From Gaiellales bacterium (GTDB lineage Bacteria > Actinomycetota > Thermoleophilia > Gaiellales > Gaiellaceae), in contig JBBSHO010000002.1 of assembly GCA_038253005.1 (NCBI GenBank), positions 9,568 through 73,567 on the forward strand: 64,000 nucleotides of DNA. Direction: 5' to 3'. Each line of letters begins with the position of its first letter. The first letter of the stretch is position 1. The notes beneath the pieces are model-generated. The model was not told the origin of the DNA. It made no database searches and saw nothing but the letters and a program-made list of their open reading frames with translations. Position numbers and translations under genes: made by a program. Below are positions 17,594-29,178 of the stretch, in pieces.

Positions 17594-17878
17594 TTGACGA
17601 AGCAGGAATTCGTATCGGAGGTCGCGTCGAAGGCCGGGCTCTCGACTCGCGATGCGGCGAAGGCGGTCGACGCCTTCCTCGACGCGATCACGGACTCGCT
17701 CAAGCGGCGCGAGGCCGTCGCGTTCACAGGCTTCGGGAAGTTCACCACCCAGGACCGGGCCGAGCGCCAGGGCGTGAACCCCCGCAACCCGTCCCAGAAA
17801 GTGACGATCCCGGCGGCGACCGTGCCGAAGTTCTCGGCCGGAAGTCAGTTGAAGCAGGCGGTCAAGGGCGGCAGCTAG
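17594..17878 (+). CDS. hup: HU family DNA-binding protein
   Basis: The 94-aa ORF contains GFGKF...R.GVNPRNP. The TTG start is preceded by AGGAGGAGAG. It has no basic C-terminal tail. Confidence 0.9.
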   Translation: MTKQEFVSEVASKAGLSTRDAAKAVDAFLDAITDSLKRREAVAFTGFGKFTTQDRAERQGVNPRNPSQKVTIPAATVPKFSAGSQLKQAVKGGS

Positions 17879-17945
17879 CCCCGAGCACCTCCTCCACGTG
17901 TGCGAGGGCCGCGCCAGCGGCCCTCGCCATATCCGGGGACGGCAG

Positions 17946-17951
17946 TAGCCT
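17946..17951 (+). promoter_or_regulatory. -10-like TAGCCT, 6 nt upstream of pyrF ATG
   Basis: Fixed-distance TANNNT pattern. Confidence 0.5.
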
Positions 17952-17957
17952 TACCCC

Positions 17958-18866
17958 ATGGTGACAGTGGCGACGACGCACTTCGCCGACCGGCTCGCAG
18001 AGGCGGTCGAGCGGAAGCGCTCCCAGCTCGTCGTCGGCCTCGACCCGCGGCCCGACCTGCTGCCCGTCGAGCTGCGCGGCGACGTCCACCTCGGTCGCCA
18101 GGCCGCCGCCGCCGCGTGCGCACGCTTCTGCTGCGGGCTCGTCGACGCGGTTGCGCCGTACGTCGTCGGCGTCAAGCCGCAGGTCGCGTTCTTCGAGGCG
18201 CTCGGCGCCGACGGCCTGCGAGCTCTGGAGGAGGTGTGCGCGTACTCACGCTCCGCGGGGCTGCAGGTGCTGGCCGACGCGAAGCGCGGCGACATCGGCT
18301 CGACGGCGCGCGCCTATGCGACGGCTTTCCTCGAGTCCAGAGAGGAGGCCCCGGCTCTGGCGGATGCACTGACCGTCAACCCCTACCTCGGCGGGGATTC
18401 CCTCGAGCCCTATCTCGCGGCCTGCCGCCGGCACGGCGCCGGGATCTTCTGCGTCGTCAAGACGTCGAACCCGGGCGGTGCGGAGATCCAGGATCTCGTC
18501 CTCTCCGACGGTCGCCCGCTCTGGCAGCAGGTGGCGGAGCTCGTGCAGGAATGGGGCGCCGACCTGCTCGGCGACCGGGGCCTCTCCTCGGTCGGCGCCG
18601 TGATCGGGGCGACGCATCCGCGCGCGGTCGGGGAGGCGCGGCGAATCCTGCCTCGGTCGGTGCTGCTGCTGCCGGGCGTCGGCGCGCAGGGCGCGACTCC
18701 CGCCGATGTCGCGCGCGCCTTCACGAGCGGTCCGGCGAGCGCGCTCGTGAACGTCTCGCGTGACGTGATCTACGCGTTCCGCGTCTCGGGGATGGACTGG
18801 CGGAGCGCTGCGGCGGCCGAGGCGTCCCGGTACGCTCGGGAAGTCTGGGCCGTCTCGGGCTGGTAG
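17958..18866 (+). CDS. pyrF: orotidine 5'-phosphate decarboxylase (type 2)
   Basis: The 302-aa ORF contains LVVGLDP, the DAKRGDIGST motif and LLLPGVGAQG. Confidence 0.9.
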   Translation: MVTVATTHFADRLAEAVERKRSQLVVGLDPRPDLLPVELRGDVHLGRQAAAAACARFCCGLVDAVAPYVVGVKPQVAFFEALGADGLRALEEVCAYSRSAGLQVLADAKRGDIGSTARAYATAFLESREEAPALADALTVNPYLGGDSLEPYLAACRRHGAGIFCVVKTSNPGGAEIQDLVLSDGRPLWQQVAELVQEWGADLLGDRGLSSVGAVIGATHPRAVGEARRILPRSVLLLPGVGAQGATPADVARAFTSGPASALVNVSRDVIYAFRVSGMDWRSAAAAEASRYAREVWAVSGW

Positions 18867-18870
18867 CCGG

Positions 18871-19272
18871 ATGGACCCGGCCCGCCGCGAGCTGAAGCGT
18901 TACGGCGCGCCCGCGGCGTTCCTGCTCGCGGTGACGATCGCCGTGCTGCTGATCAAGGCCGGGCTCGGCGGCTCGACGTCAGCGACGACGACGGCGGGAG
19001 CGCTGCCGACGGCGGCCGCGACGACGACGACGCGCGCGACCACGAGCGCGAAGCTCACGCTGACGACGCCGCCCGTGGTGACCTCCAGTACGACGTCCAC
19101 CGATACGACGGCGACCTCGACGACGGCCGGTCGGACGTACACGATCCAGAGCGGCGACACCCTCGGCGGCGTCGCGGCGAAGGAGAACACCACCGTCGAC
19201 GAGCTCCTCCGGCTCAATCCGGGTATCGACCCGAAGACCCTGCACGTCGGCCAGCAGATCCGCGTCGGCTAG
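18871..19272 (+). CDS. membrane-anchored LysM domain protein with Thr-rich linker
   Basis: It has an N-terminal TM helix, a T/A-rich linker and a C-terminal LysM domain (YTIQSGDTLGGVA...LNPGIDP..LHVGQQIRV). Confidence 0.8.
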   Translation: MDPARRELKRYGAPAAFLLAVTIAVLLIKAGLGGSTSATTTAGALPTAAATTTTRATTSAKLTLTTPPVVTSSTTSTDTTATSTTAGRTYTIQSGDTLGGVAAKENTTVDELLRLNPGIDPKTLHVGQQIRVG

Positions 19273-19281
19273 CCTGACGCC

Positions 19282-20403
19282 GTGAAGCTTCGGCTTTTCG
19301 CCGTGGCGGCCGCGGCGCTCGCCTTCGCCGCGCCGGCGCACGCAGGGGCGCCTCCCGTCTCGGCTCGGGCCTACCTCGTGGAGAACCCTGCGACCGGCGA
19401 AACGCTCGCCCAGCACGCCGCCTACGCGCGCGTCCCGATCGCGAGCATCACGAAGCTGATGACCGTGCTCGTCACGCTGGAGCACGCCAGGCTGGACGAC
19501 GTCGTCACCGTCCGCTCCGACGCGGCTGCGGTCGGCGAGTCCACGATCAATCTGCGCGCGGGCGAGCGGATCTCGGTGCGCGATCTGCTCAAGGGCGCGC
19601 TGATCCAGAGCGCGAACGACGCCGCCGACGCGCTCGCGGACGATGTCTCGCACGGCGACGAGCGCGCGTTCGTCGCGCTGATGAACGCGAAGGCGCGGGA
19701 GCTCGGGCTCGACCACACCCACTTCGCCCGGCCGGACGGTCTCGACGCGCCGGGTCACTTCTCGAGCGCTCGCGACGTGACGTCCCTGGCCGAGATTCTG
19801 ATGCGCGATCCGGTCGTCCGCTCGATCGTCCGGGAGCGGACGGACTCGATCGCCGGCGGCCGGCGGTTGCACACCTGGAACGACCTGCTCGGCGTCTTCC
19901 CCGGCCTCTACGGCGTCAAGACCGGCCACACGGGCGCCGCCGGCTGGTGCGAGGTCGCCGCCGTCCGCCGGAACGGGACGACGATCTTCGCGACAGTGCT
20001 CGGCAGCCCGGACCGGAGCCGGCGAAACGCCGATCTCGCCTCGCTGCTGCGCTGGAGCCTGCAGCTCTATCGCCCCGTCTGGATCGTCCAGCCGAGCCAC
20101 GTCTATCTGCGGCTCGCCGCCGGCTACGGCCGCTCGCCGCTCGCGCTCGTCGCCGCGCGGCCGCTCGCCCGCTTCGTGCGCATGGACAGGCCGCTGGTCG
20201 AGCGCGTCGTCGCCCCCGCAGCGGTCTCCCTTCCCGTCCGACGGGGACAGCGGCTCGGCACGATCGAGGTCTTCTCCGGTCGGACGCTCGTCGGTGCACG
20301 GCCGCTCGTCGCCGCGCGGTCGATCTCGCGTCCCGGCCTCGGCGGCCGGGTCGGCTTCTACGCCGGCCGCACGCTTGCACACCTAGGAAGCTGGTTCTCG
20401 TGA
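19282..20403 (+). CDS. D-alanyl-D-alanine carboxypeptidase (peptidase S11, PBP5 family)
   Basis: It has a signal peptide plus SxxK (SITK), SxN (SAN) and KTG (KTGHT). Confidence 0.85.
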   Translation: MKLRLFAVAAAALAFAAPAHAGAPPVSARAYLVENPATGETLAQHAAYARVPIASITKLMTVLVTLEHARLDDVVTVRSDAAAVGESTINLRAGERISVRDLLKGALIQSANDAADALADDVSHGDERAFVALMNAKARELGLDHTHFARPDGLDAPGHFSSARDVTSLAEILMRDPVVRSIVRERTDSIAGGRRLHTWNDLLGVFPGLYGVKTGHTGAAGWCEVAAVRRNGTTIFATVLGSPDRSRRNADLASLLRWSLQLYRPVWIVQPSHVYLRLAAGYGRSPLALVAARPLARFVRMDRPLVERVVAPAAVSLPVRRGQRLGTIEVFSGRTLVGARPLVAARSISRPGLGGRVGFYAGRTLAHLGSWFS

Positions 20404-21353
20404 TCATCACGGTGACGCTCAACGCGGCGCTCGACCGGACGCTGACCGTTCCGAACTTTCAGCGCGGCCAGCGACACCGCGCGAGCCAGGGTTTGACGCT
20501 CGCGGGGGGGAAGGGGATCAACGTCGCCCGCGCGCTCAAGCGACTCGGCGTCCCCGTCGTCGCCACGGGTCTCGCAGGCGGGCGCACGGGCACGCGGATC
20601 GTCGAGGAGCTGACCTCCGAGGCGATCCTCAACGACTTCGTCCGGATCGGCGACGAGTCCCGCACCTCCACGGCCGTCGTCGACCCGACCGGCGGCTCCT
20701 ACACCGACATCAACGAGTGGGGCCCCGCCGTCACGCCGGACGAGCTCGCGATGCTGCTGGACAAGATCAGCTACCTCTCGCGCGGCGCGGACATGGTCGT
20801 CTTTGCCGGTTCCCTCCCGCGTGCTGTCGAAGACGCCTTCTACGCCGAGGCGATCCGCGACCTGAACCGGCGCCACGTCCCGACTGTGCTCGACTCCGAA
20901 GGCCAGCCTCTGCGCCTGGGCGTGGAAGCCGAGCCGTTCCTCGTCTCGCCGAACCAGCGGGAGGCCGAGGGGCTCGTCGGCCAGGAGTTTCGCGACGACG
21001 AGGACTGCATGGTCGCCCTGGATCAGATCGCCGAGATCGGCGCGCGAAACGTCCTCATCACCTCGGAGTCGGCGTGCTTCGGTCTCTTCCGCGAGGAGCG
21101 CCGCAAGCTCCGCTTCCGCGCCGAGGCGCCGAGGGTGGAGCCGGTCTCGGCGGTCGGCTCGGGCGATGTCCTCCTGGCTGGCTTCCTCGCGGCGCGGCTC
21201 GCCGAGCGCCCACTCGACGAGGCGCTCCGGAGCGCGGTCGCCGCGGGCGCAGCCTCGACGCTCGAGCTCGGCGCCGGCCGCTTCGACCCGCGAGAGGCCG
21301 GACGACTCCAGGGGGGCGTGCAGGTCCAGGAGCTCGAGGCCGTCGCGAGCTAA
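20400..21353 (+). CDS. pfkB: PfkB family sugar kinase (1-phosphofructokinase / 6-phosphofructokinase B type)
   Basis: VIITVTLNAALDRT..., AGGKGINVA and the GSGD motif are present. GTG 20400 forms a GTGA overlap with the upstream stop. The N-terminal 151 aa of the track ORF look like junk. Confidence 0.8.
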   Translation: MIITVTLNAALDRTLTVPNFQRGQRHRASQGLTLAGGKGINVARALKRLGVPVVATGLAGGRTGTRIVEELTSEAILNDFVRIGDESRTSTAVVDPTGGSYTDINEWGPAVTPDELAMLLDKISYLSRGADMVVFAGSLPRAVEDAFYAEAIRDLNRRHVPTVLDSEGQPLRLGVEAEPFLVSPNQREAEGLVGQEFRDDEDCMVALDQIAEIGARNVLITSESACFGLFREERRKLRFRAEAPRVEPVSAVGSGDVLLAGFLAARLAERPLDEALRSAVAAGAASTLELGAGRFDPREAGRLQGGVQVQELEAVAS

Positions 21354-21374
21354 CGCGTCGTCGGGCCCCGGTGA

Positions 21375-22940
<1,566 letters not shown>

Positions 22941-22980
22941 GATCCTGCCACTGCCCGATCGCGCTCCCGAAGAGCGGCCG

Positions 22981-24504
22981 GTGCTCGTGCTCGACCTCGG
23001 CGGCCAGTACTCGCAGCTGATCGCGCGGCGGGTGCGCGAGTGCCGTGTCTACTCCGAGCTCGTCGGCCACGGCATCACCCCGGAGGCGATCCGCGCGCGC
23101 AACCCGCACGCGATCGTGCTCTCCGGCGGGCCCGCGTCGGTCTACGCCGAGGACGCGCCGCGGATCGATCCGCGTATCTTCGAGCTCGGCATCCCGACGC
23201 TCGGCATCTGCTACGGAATGCAGCTGATGGCGCAAGAGCTCGGCGGCCGCGTCGACCGGACCGGCGTCTCCGAGTTCGGGAAGACCGAGCTGCACGCGGA
23301 CGACTCGGAGCTCTTCGCCGGCCTTCCCGACGACCAGACGGTCTGGATGAGCCACCGCGACTCGGTCGTAGCGCCTCCTGAGGGGGCGCGGATCGTGGCA
23401 GGGTCGCCGTCGACGCCGATCGCCGCGTTCGAGGAGCCGGGGCGGCGGCTCTACGGTGTCCAGTTCCATCCCGAGGTCGCGCACACGCCGCACGGCACCG
23501 ACCTGCTGAAGAACTTCCTCTACTCCGTCGCAGACGCGCCGCCGGCCTGGACGCCTGCCGCCGTGATCGAAGAGCAGGTCGATCGGATCCGTGCCCAGGT
23601 CGGGTCCGAGCGGGTGCTGTGCGCGCTCTCGGGCGGCGTCGACTCGGCGGTCGCGGCGCTGCTCGTGCACAAGGCCGTCGGCGACCAGCTGACCTGCGTC
23701 TTCGTCGACCACGGGATGCTGCGCGAGAACGAGGCCGAGCAAGTCGTCGAGACGTTCGGAGGCCACTTCAAGGTGCCGCTCGTCCACGTCCAGGCGCAGG
23801 AGCGGTTCCTCATCCGCCTCGCCGCCGTCGACGATCCGGAGGAGAAGCGGAAGATCGTCGGCGAGGAGTTCATCCGCGTCTTCGAGGAGGAGGCGGGGAA
23901 GCTCGGGAACATCCGTTTCCTCGTCCAGGGGACGCTCTATTCCGACGTGATCGAGTCCGGCGGGGGCGAGGACGGCGTGGCGGCGAAGATCAAGTCGCAC
24001 CACAACGTCGGCGGCCTCCCGGCCGACATGCGGATGCAGCTCGTGGAGCCGCTGCGGCTGCTCTTCAAGGACGAGGTACGCCGTGTCGGCGAGGAGCTCG
24101 GGATGCCGGAGCGGATGGTCTGGCGTCAGCCGTTCCCGGGCCCGGGGCTCGCGATCCGGATCATCGGCGACGTCACGGCCGAGCGGCTCGAGATCCTGCG
24201 GTCGGCGGACTCGATCCTGCAGGAGGAGATCCGGCGCGCCGGCCTGTACCGCGAGCTGTGGCAGTCGTTCGCCGTTCTCCCGGCGATCCGATCGGTCGGC
24301 GTGCAGGGCGACGAGCGGACGTATGCGTACCCGATCGTGATCCGCGCGGTCACGTCCGAGGACGCGATGACGGCCGACTGGGCCCGTCTCCCGTACGACC
24401 TGCTGGAGACGATCTCGAGCCGGATCATCAACGAGATCCCCGGCGTGAACCGCGTGGCCCTCGACCTGAGCTCGAAGCCGCCGGCCACGATCGAGTGGGA
24501 GTAG
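22981..24504 (+). CDS. guaA: glutamine-hydrolysing GMP synthase
   Basis: It has a GATase domain (GICYGMQL), the ATP-PPase loop SGGVDS and a C-terminal dimerisation domain ending IEWE. Confidence 0.92.
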   Translation: MLVLDLGGQYSQLIARRVRECRVYSELVGHGITPEAIRARNPHAIVLSGGPASVYAEDAPRIDPRIFELGIPTLGICYGMQLMAQELGGRVDRTGVSEFGKTELHADDSELFAGLPDDQTVWMSHRDSVVAPPEGARIVAGSPSTPIAAFEEPGRRLYGVQFHPEVAHTPHGTDLLKNFLYSVADAPPAWTPAAVIEEQVDRIRAQVGSERVLCALSGGVDSAVAALLVHKAVGDQLTCVFVDHGMLRENEAEQVVETFGGHFKVPLVHVQAQERFLIRLAAVDDPEEKRKIVGEEFIRVFEEEAGKLGNIRFLVQGTLYSDVIESGGGEDGVAAKIKSHHNVGGLPADMRMQLVEPLRLLFKDEVRRVGEELGMPERMVWRQPFPGPGLAIRIIGDVTAERLEILRSADSILQEEIRRAGLYRELWQSFAVLPAIRSVGVQGDERTYAYPIVIRAVTSEDAMTADWARLPYDLLETISSRIINEIPGVNRVALDLSSKPPATIEWE

Positions 24505-24528
24505 CTCCTCCACAACCCCGCCCCGCGC

Positions 24529-24551
24529 GGACGTGTCCGTGGGACATGTCC
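24529..24551. repeat. two tandem 10-mers GGACGTGTCC / GGACATGTCC separated by 3 nt (the second is a perfect palindrome)
   Basis: Read directly from the sequence. They share GGACATG with the arms of the 33-nt palindromes. Confidence 0.7.
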
Positions 24552-24598
24552 GCCCCTTGGCCAGAATCGCCCGTTTTGCAGGTCATTCCGTCGGCCGG

Positions 24599-24631
24599 GG
24601 ACATGGCCGGGGTCTGACCCCGGCCATGTCC
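24599..24631. repeat. 33-nt perfect palindrome GGACATGGCCGGGGTC-T-GACCCCGGCCATGTCC (copy B), between convergent guaA and the BNR gene
   Basis: It has 16-bp arms and the same GGGGTC-W-GACCCC core as copy A. It is a likely bidirectional terminator. Confidence 0.8.
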
Positions 24632-24658
24632 GGAAGAGACAGGGCCGCGTAGCTCGCG

Positions 24659-26398
24659 CTAGGGCGTCCGGATCTTCGACACCAGCTGCTGCTGGTTGAA
24701 CCCGATGTTCTCCCCGGCCGCGTTGAACGTCGTCACCGACGCCGCGTAGGTGAAGCTGCCGCCCGAATCGACGCCGAAGTAGTCTCCGATGAAGCTCTGC
24801 GGCGCGCAGATGCAGTCGAAGCGCGGCGACGAGAGCTGCGGATCCCAGGTATGCGCCGAGAGCCTCACGTTGTGGCCGATCGGCCGCAGACCGGGGCGAT
24901 AGAACTGGATCGCCGTGTTGACGCAGTAGTTGCGGCGCCCGTACGGCGCGTTCGCGTCGAAGAGCAGTCCGGCGCCCGTCGCCTCGGCGCCGCCCTGGAC
25001 GGGGCACGGGAGGCGCCGGTCGTAGAACGCGATCGAGACCGTCCCGCTCCGCGCGACGGCGAGGTTGGGCTGAAGCGCTTCCCCCGGGCCGCGATTGTCG
25101 TTGACCTGCACCGGTCGTCGCCAACGCCGTCCACCGTCGAGCGACGCCGTCAGGTAGATGATCGAAGGACCGTTCCGCGCCTGCTCGTAGGCGAGGTAGA
25201 GCGGATAGAAGCGACCGACTTTGCGCGGTCCGACGAAGAACGCCTCCCCGAAAGCCGACCGGAAGGTCGTGTTCTGGTAGCGCGGGACGAACTGGGAGCG
25301 GAGAGCGGCCCGGCGCGGAGCCCAGGTGACGCCGCCGTTCCGGGAGGACGTGACCGTGACGGTGAACGGCGAGCTGTCGCCGTGGAACGTGGCCGCGGCC
25401 ACCCAGACCGTCCCGTCCGGCGCGATGCGCGGCAGCGAGCCGTTGTCCCCGAACCCGCGCGCCTGCGGGAGGATCAGCTTCGGCGTCGACCAGTCGCCGT
25501 GTGTCCCGTCCGGACGCGCGTCCGCGTGTGAGGAGTAGACCCGCAAGTCGGCGTCGTCCCCGCCGATCGCCCAGGTGACGTAGATGCGGCCGAAGTGCCG
25601 GCTGCGGCGGTTCGTGTCGATCGCGATCCACTGCTTGTCGAAGACGTTCTGGCCCGCGAAGGGCGTCGTGGCGATGAAGTCCGGTCTCGTACCGCGCGTG
25701 GTCAGCCAGGCCGTCGCGGCGGCGGACGCGCGCGGGTGGACGGCGATCGCGATCCCGGAGCGCGGCAGCGACGGGTTCACGCGCGGCGAGAGGAACCGAT
25801 GCGTCCCGTTCGCCGCATAGTCGAACTGATACGGCAGCACGACGGCGTAGAAGTTCCCCCACGGATCGAAGGCGCCGACCGGGTCGGAGTTGTCCGTCCA
25901 GCCCTCGTAGCCGGGGATGTGCCCTTGCACCGGCCACGTCAGGCCGCCGTCGAAGGACTCGAAGAAGCCGGTCAGATGGTTGTAGCCCTCCGCGTTCACG
26001 ACCCACTTGCTGACGCCGATCAGATGGCGCGGGCTCGTCGGATCGACGTGAAGGTCCGATTCGGAGTGGTCCTTGACGCGGAAGGGCGCGTTCGCGACGT
26101 CCTGAGTCGGATAAGGGCCGAGGCTCTCGCCGGTCGTCACGGCGCCCCCGCACGTCGTCCCGCCGCCGTCGGGATAGCCCTGCGAGCCGTCCAGGCCGAG
26201 CGTGTAGGCGACCTCGGGCGCGTAACAGCTGACCCGCTGCGTCGTCGCCGGAACGCTCGAGACCCCGCGCGCCGCGTAGCTCGCCGCGAACCTGCCGTCC
26301 GACTGGAAGCCCTGCGGCGGGCTCGCGGCCTGCGCCGCCGTCGCGACGACACCGGCGCAGAGCGCGGCGAGCATCCCCATGCGTCCTCTCGCGCGCAC
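24659..26398 (-). CDS. secreted BNR/Asp-box repeat (sialidase-like beta-propeller) protein
   Basis: Asp-boxes [16 protein letters not shown] and SLDGGRRW are present. The signal-like N-terminus is [25 protein letters not shown]. The start is uncertain (GTG 26398 preferred; ATG 26380, 26374 and 26473 are possible). Confidence 0.7.
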   Translation of the reverse strand: MRARGRMGMLAALCAGVVATAAQAASPPQGFQSDGRFAASYAARGVSSVPATTQRVSCYAPEVAYTLGLDGSQGYPDGGGTTCGGAVTTGESLGPYPTQDVANAPFRVKDHSESDLHVDPTSPRHLIGVSKWVVNAEGYNHLTGFFESFDGGLTWPVQGHIPGYEGWTDNSDPVGAFDPWGNFYAVVLPYQFDYAANGTHRFLSPRVNPSLPRSGIAIAVHPRASAAATAWLTTRGTRPDFIATTPFAGQNVFDKQWIAIDTNRRSRHFGRIYVTWAIGGDDADLRVYSSHADARPDGTHGDWSTPKLILPQARGFGDNGSLPRIAPDGTVWVAAATFHGDSSPFTVTVTSSRNGGVTWAPRRAALRSQFVPRYQNTTFRSAFGEAFFVGPRKVGRFYPLYLAYEQARNGPSIIYLTASLDGGRRWRRPVQVNDNRGPGEALQPNLAVARSGTVSIAFYDRRLPCPVQGGAEATGAGLLFDANAPYGRRNYCVNTAIQFYRPGLRPIGHNVRLSAHTWDPQLSSPRFDCICAPQSFIGDYFGVDSGGSFTYAASVTTFNAAGENIGFNQQQLVSKIRTP

Positions 26399-26414
26399 CG
26401 AGCATAGTGACGAC

Positions 26415-26927
26415 GTGCGCGCGAAAAGGTTCGTCGACGATCTCGCCCGCACGGAGATCGGCGCGACCTTCAACTTCTACCGGGAAGGGAAGGGAGCCGA
26501 CCGCCGGCGACGACGGCTCGTCACGTACCTGGAGCGCCAGGCCGCGGCGACGCTGCTGCTCGTGGGTGAGGCCGCCGGGTACCGGGGCGCCCGCGTCTCC
26601 GGGCTCCCGTTCACGTCCGAGCGCCAGCTCACGGGGCACGGCCCCGCCGAGGCGAGCGCGACGATCGTCCGCCGGACGCTCGAGGAGCTCGGGATCGAGG
26701 CTTTGTGCTGGAACGTCGTCCCGACCCATCCGCACCGACCGGGCGAGCCGGACACGAACCGCGCACCGATCCGCGCCGAGGTCGAGTCCGCCGCGCCGTT
26801 CCTCGCCGAGCTCGCGCGGGGGCGGCGCGCTACGTCCGTCATCCGTCCCCATGGCGGGGCGGCGGGATTCCGCACCGGGCTGCTACATTTCGGGCCGGCG
26901 GACGCCTCTGGTCCGCCCTTTCTGTGA
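26415..26927 (+). CDS. uracil-DNA glycosylase superfamily protein
   Basis: It has a UDG motif-A-like [23 protein letters not shown]. The start is either GTG 26415 (CATAGT 6 nt upstream) or ATG 26379. The last ~15 codons overlap the rplM leader. Confidence 0.6.
   Translation: MRAKRFVDDLARTEIGATFNFYREGKGADRRRRRLVTYLERQAAATLLLVGEAAGYRGARVSGLPFTSERQLTGHGPAEASATIVRRTLEELGIEALCWNVVPTHPHRPGEPDTNRAPIRAEVESAAPFLAELARGRRATSVIRPHGGAAGFRTGLLHFGPADASGPPFL
26884..26926 (+). promoter_or_regulatory. candidate rplM promoter (-10 TACATT) and 37-nt leader with 7-bp hairpin GGCGGAC/GUCCGCC
   Basis: TACATT is at 26884..26889 and the hairpin at 26897..26917, just upstream of ATG 26927. Confidence 0.3.
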
Positions 26928-27361
26928 TGAAGACCTACAACGCGAAACCGGGCGAGATCCCCCGCGACTGGTACCTCGTCGACGCCGAGGGCGTGACCCT
27001 CGGCCGGCTCGCGACGCGCATCGCCGACATGCTGCGCGGCAAGGGGAAGCCCCAGTACACGCCCCACGTCGACACGGGCGACTTCGTCGTCGTGGTCAAC
27101 GCCGAGAAAGTGCTCGTCACGGGCAACAAGCTCGACCAGAAGCGCTACTACCGCCACTCAGGCTACCCGGGCGGCCTCCGCAGCCGCACGCTCCGGGAGC
27201 AGCTCGACCGCCGCCCGGAGGAGGTGCTCCGCAAGGCCGTGAAGGGGATGCTCCCGCGGAACCGGCTCGCGCGGCAGCAGATCACCAAGCTCAAGATCTA
27301 CGCCGGCCCGGAGCACCCGCACGAGGCGCAGGCGCCGAAGCCTTGGAAGGTGGCCGTCTGA
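26927..27361 (+). CDS. rplM: 50S ribosomal protein L13
   Basis: [20 protein letters not shown]... is present. The internal ATG of track ORF 26705..27361 was used. Confidence 0.93.
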   Translation: MKTYNAKPGEIPRDWYLVDAEGVTLGRLATRIADMLRGKGKPQYTPHVDTGDFVVVVNAEKVLVTGNKLDQKRYYRHSGYPGGLRSRTLREQLDRRPEEVLRKAVKGMLPRNRLARQQITKLKIYAGPEHPHEAQAPKPWKVAV

Positions 27362-27756
27362 TGGCGACCGTCGCCCAGTACCTCGGCACGGGCAAGCGAA
27401 AGACCTCCGTCGCCCGCGTGATCCTCCGCCCGGGCGACGGCGCGACCTGGTTCAACGGCCGGACGATCGAGGAGTACTTCCCGCGCGCGACGCACCGCAC
27501 GCTAGCGCTCGCGCCGCTCGAGACCGCCGGCGCCGCCGGCACGTTCGACATCCGCGTCCGCGTCCACGGCGGCGGTCCGAGCGGCCAGGCCGGAGCGGTA
27601 CGGCACGGCATCGCTCGAGCACTCGTCGAGGCCGATCCGGAGCTGCGCTTGCCGCTGAAGCGAGCCGGGTTCCTCACGCGCGACGCCCGCATCGTGGAGC
27701 GCAAGAAGGCCGGCCTGCACAAGGCGCGCAAGGCGCCCCAGTTTTCTAAGCGCTAA
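27361..27756 (+). CDS. rpsI: 30S ribosomal protein S9
   Basis: The sequence runs from ...[14 protein letters not shown] to ...[17 protein letters not shown]. The start overlaps the rplM stop by 1 nt (TGATG). Confidence 0.93.
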   Translation: MATVAQYLGTGKRKTSVARVILRPGDGATWFNGRTIEEYFPRATHRTLALAPLETAGAAGTFDIRVRVHGGGPSGQAGAVRHGIARALVEADPELRLPLKRAGFLTRDARIVERKKAGLHKARKAPQFSKR

Positions 27757-27809
27757 AAAGCTGCGCTGCCTGGCCTTTGTCCGCGCCGCGCCGCGTATGC
27801 TGCGCCGCC

Positions 27810-29072
27810 GTGCCGCGACGTTATTTCGGAACCGACGGCGTCCGGGGCGTCGTCGGTCGAGACCTGACCGCGGAGCTCGTCGAGCGGCTCGGTCGCGCGG
27901 CCGCGCTCTGGTCGGGCGGCGGCCGCGTCTTCGTCGGCCGCGACACGCGCGCCTCCGGCCCGGAGCTCGAGCGGGCGTTTGCCGAAGGGGTGGCCTCCGC
28001 CGGCGGGTCCGCGGTGCGCGGCGGGGGGCGGCCGCCCCCCGCGGGCGCCCTGCTCGCGCTCGACCTCGGCGCGGTCGTCTCCGCCTCGCACAATCCGCCC
28101 GAGTACAACGGCGTCAAGCTCTTCGACAGAGAGGGACGCAAGCTCACCGACGCGCAGGAGGAGGAGATCGAGGCGCTCCTCGATGCGCCCGCCACCGGCG
28201 GCGGTGAGATCGACGAGGTCGGCGTCGCGACCGACAGCTACCTCGAGCACGTGCTGGAGCGCTTCGGCGCCGACCTCTCCGGGCTGCGGATCGCGGTCGA
28301 CTGCGCGAACGGCGCCTACTCCGGGATCGCGCCCCAGGCCTTCGAGCAGCTCGGCGCGGAGGTGACCACGATCGGCGACGAGCCGGACGGGACCAACATC
28401 AACGTCGGCTGCGGCGCCACGGCGCTCACCTCCTTGCAGCGGACCGTTACAAGGGTTCGGGCGGATCTGGGGATCGCTTTCGACGGGGACGGGGACCGGA
28501 TGCTCGCGGTCGACGCGGCCGGAGAGGTCGTGGACGGCGACCAGATCGTCGCGATCCTCGCGCTCGACCGCGGCGTCGACCTCGTCGCCGTCACCTCGAT
28601 GGCGAACCTGGGCTTCCACCGGCTGATGGCTGAGCGCGGGATTCGCGTCGTCACGACCGATGTCGGCGACCGCTACGTGGCCGAGGCGCTCCGGCGCGAA
28701 GGCGGGATCCTCGGCGGCGAGCAGTCCGGCCACGTGATCTGGCTCGAGGGCCACGTGACCGGTGACGGCCTCGCCGCCGCGCTGCTCCTCTGCGCGGCGC
28801 TGAAGGGTCGGACGCTTGCCGCGGCCGCGGCCGCGATGCCTCGCTACCCCCAGACGACGGAGAACGTCGCGGTCGGGCGTCGGGAGCTTCCGCAGGCCGT
28901 CCACGACGAGGTCGCGCGGCTGAACGCAGAGCTCGGGGAGAGCGGTCGGATCCTCGTCCGACCCTCCGGCACCGAACCGGTCGTTCGCGTACTCGCGGAG
29001 GCGGAAACGGTCGCGGAAGCCCAGCGTCTCTGTGCTACCATCGCGGCTCTCGTTCGACGAGAGCTCGGCTGA
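27810..29072 (+). CDS. glmM: phosphoglucosamine mutase
   Basis: YFGTDGVRG and the phosphoserine loop SASHNP are present. GTG 27810 was chosen because TATGCT lies 8 nt upstream; the track start is 27777. Confidence 0.88.
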   Translation: MPRRYFGTDGVRGVVGRDLTAELVERLGRAAALWSGGGRVFVGRDTRASGPELERAFAEGVASAGGSAVRGGGRPPPAGALLALDLGAVVSASHNPPEYNGVKLFDREGRKLTDAQEEEIEALLDAPATGGGEIDEVGVATDSYLEHVLERFGADLSGLRIAVDCANGAYSGIAPQAFEQLGAEVTTIGDEPDGTNINVGCGATALTSLQRTVTRVRADLGIAFDGDGDRMLAVDAAGEVVDGDQIVAILALDRGVDLVAVTSMANLGFHRLMAERGIRVVTTDVGDRYVAEALRREGGILGGEQSGHVIWLEGHVTGDGLAAALLLCAALKGRTLAAAAAAMPRYPQTTENVAVGRRELPQAVHDEVARLNAELGESGRILVRPSGTEPVVRVLAEAETVAEAQRLCATIAALVRRELG

Positions 29073-29178
29073 CCGCTTTCAACGCAGGAAGCGGGGATGA
29101 GGCCGGGCTTTTGCCGTTTTGCGGGAGGGTTTCGATTCACCCGGAAGTCAACTGGGCGGAAACGAGAGGAGCTTCAGG

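Noticed and set aside
18979-19120. Apparent repeat DNA in the LysM gene (ACG/ACC runs) and in 16690..16770 (AAG/CCC/GCC runs).
   Set aside because: These are in-frame low-complexity coding linkers (Thr-rich and Lys/Pro/Ala-rich). They are not tandem DNA repeats with a defined unit.
27979-28060. Possible compensated frameshift in glmM. An odd Gly/Pro-rich stretch (VRGGGRPPPAGALLAL) sits where the family has LGV.PTPAVA.
   Set aside because: The spacing to the SASHNP phosphoserine loop is preserved and the frame is continuous. I cannot show an alternative frame giving a better match.
29126-29147. tRNA-like T-arm (GGGUUUCGAUUCACCC) upstream of glmS.
   Set aside because: The loop is 8 nt rather than 7. 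There is no complementary acceptor stem, D-arm or anticodon arm in the flanking 80 nt.
29073-29178. Possible glmS ribozyme in the 106-nt glmM-glmS spacer. It has local resemblances such as GCAGGAAG and GGUUUCGAUUC.
   Set aside because: I could not find the conserved cleavage-site/P1 sequence (A-GCGCC...). The order of the similar fragments does not match the ribozyme core, and the spacer is too short for P1-P2.2 plus P3/P4. A cmscan with RF00234 would settle it.
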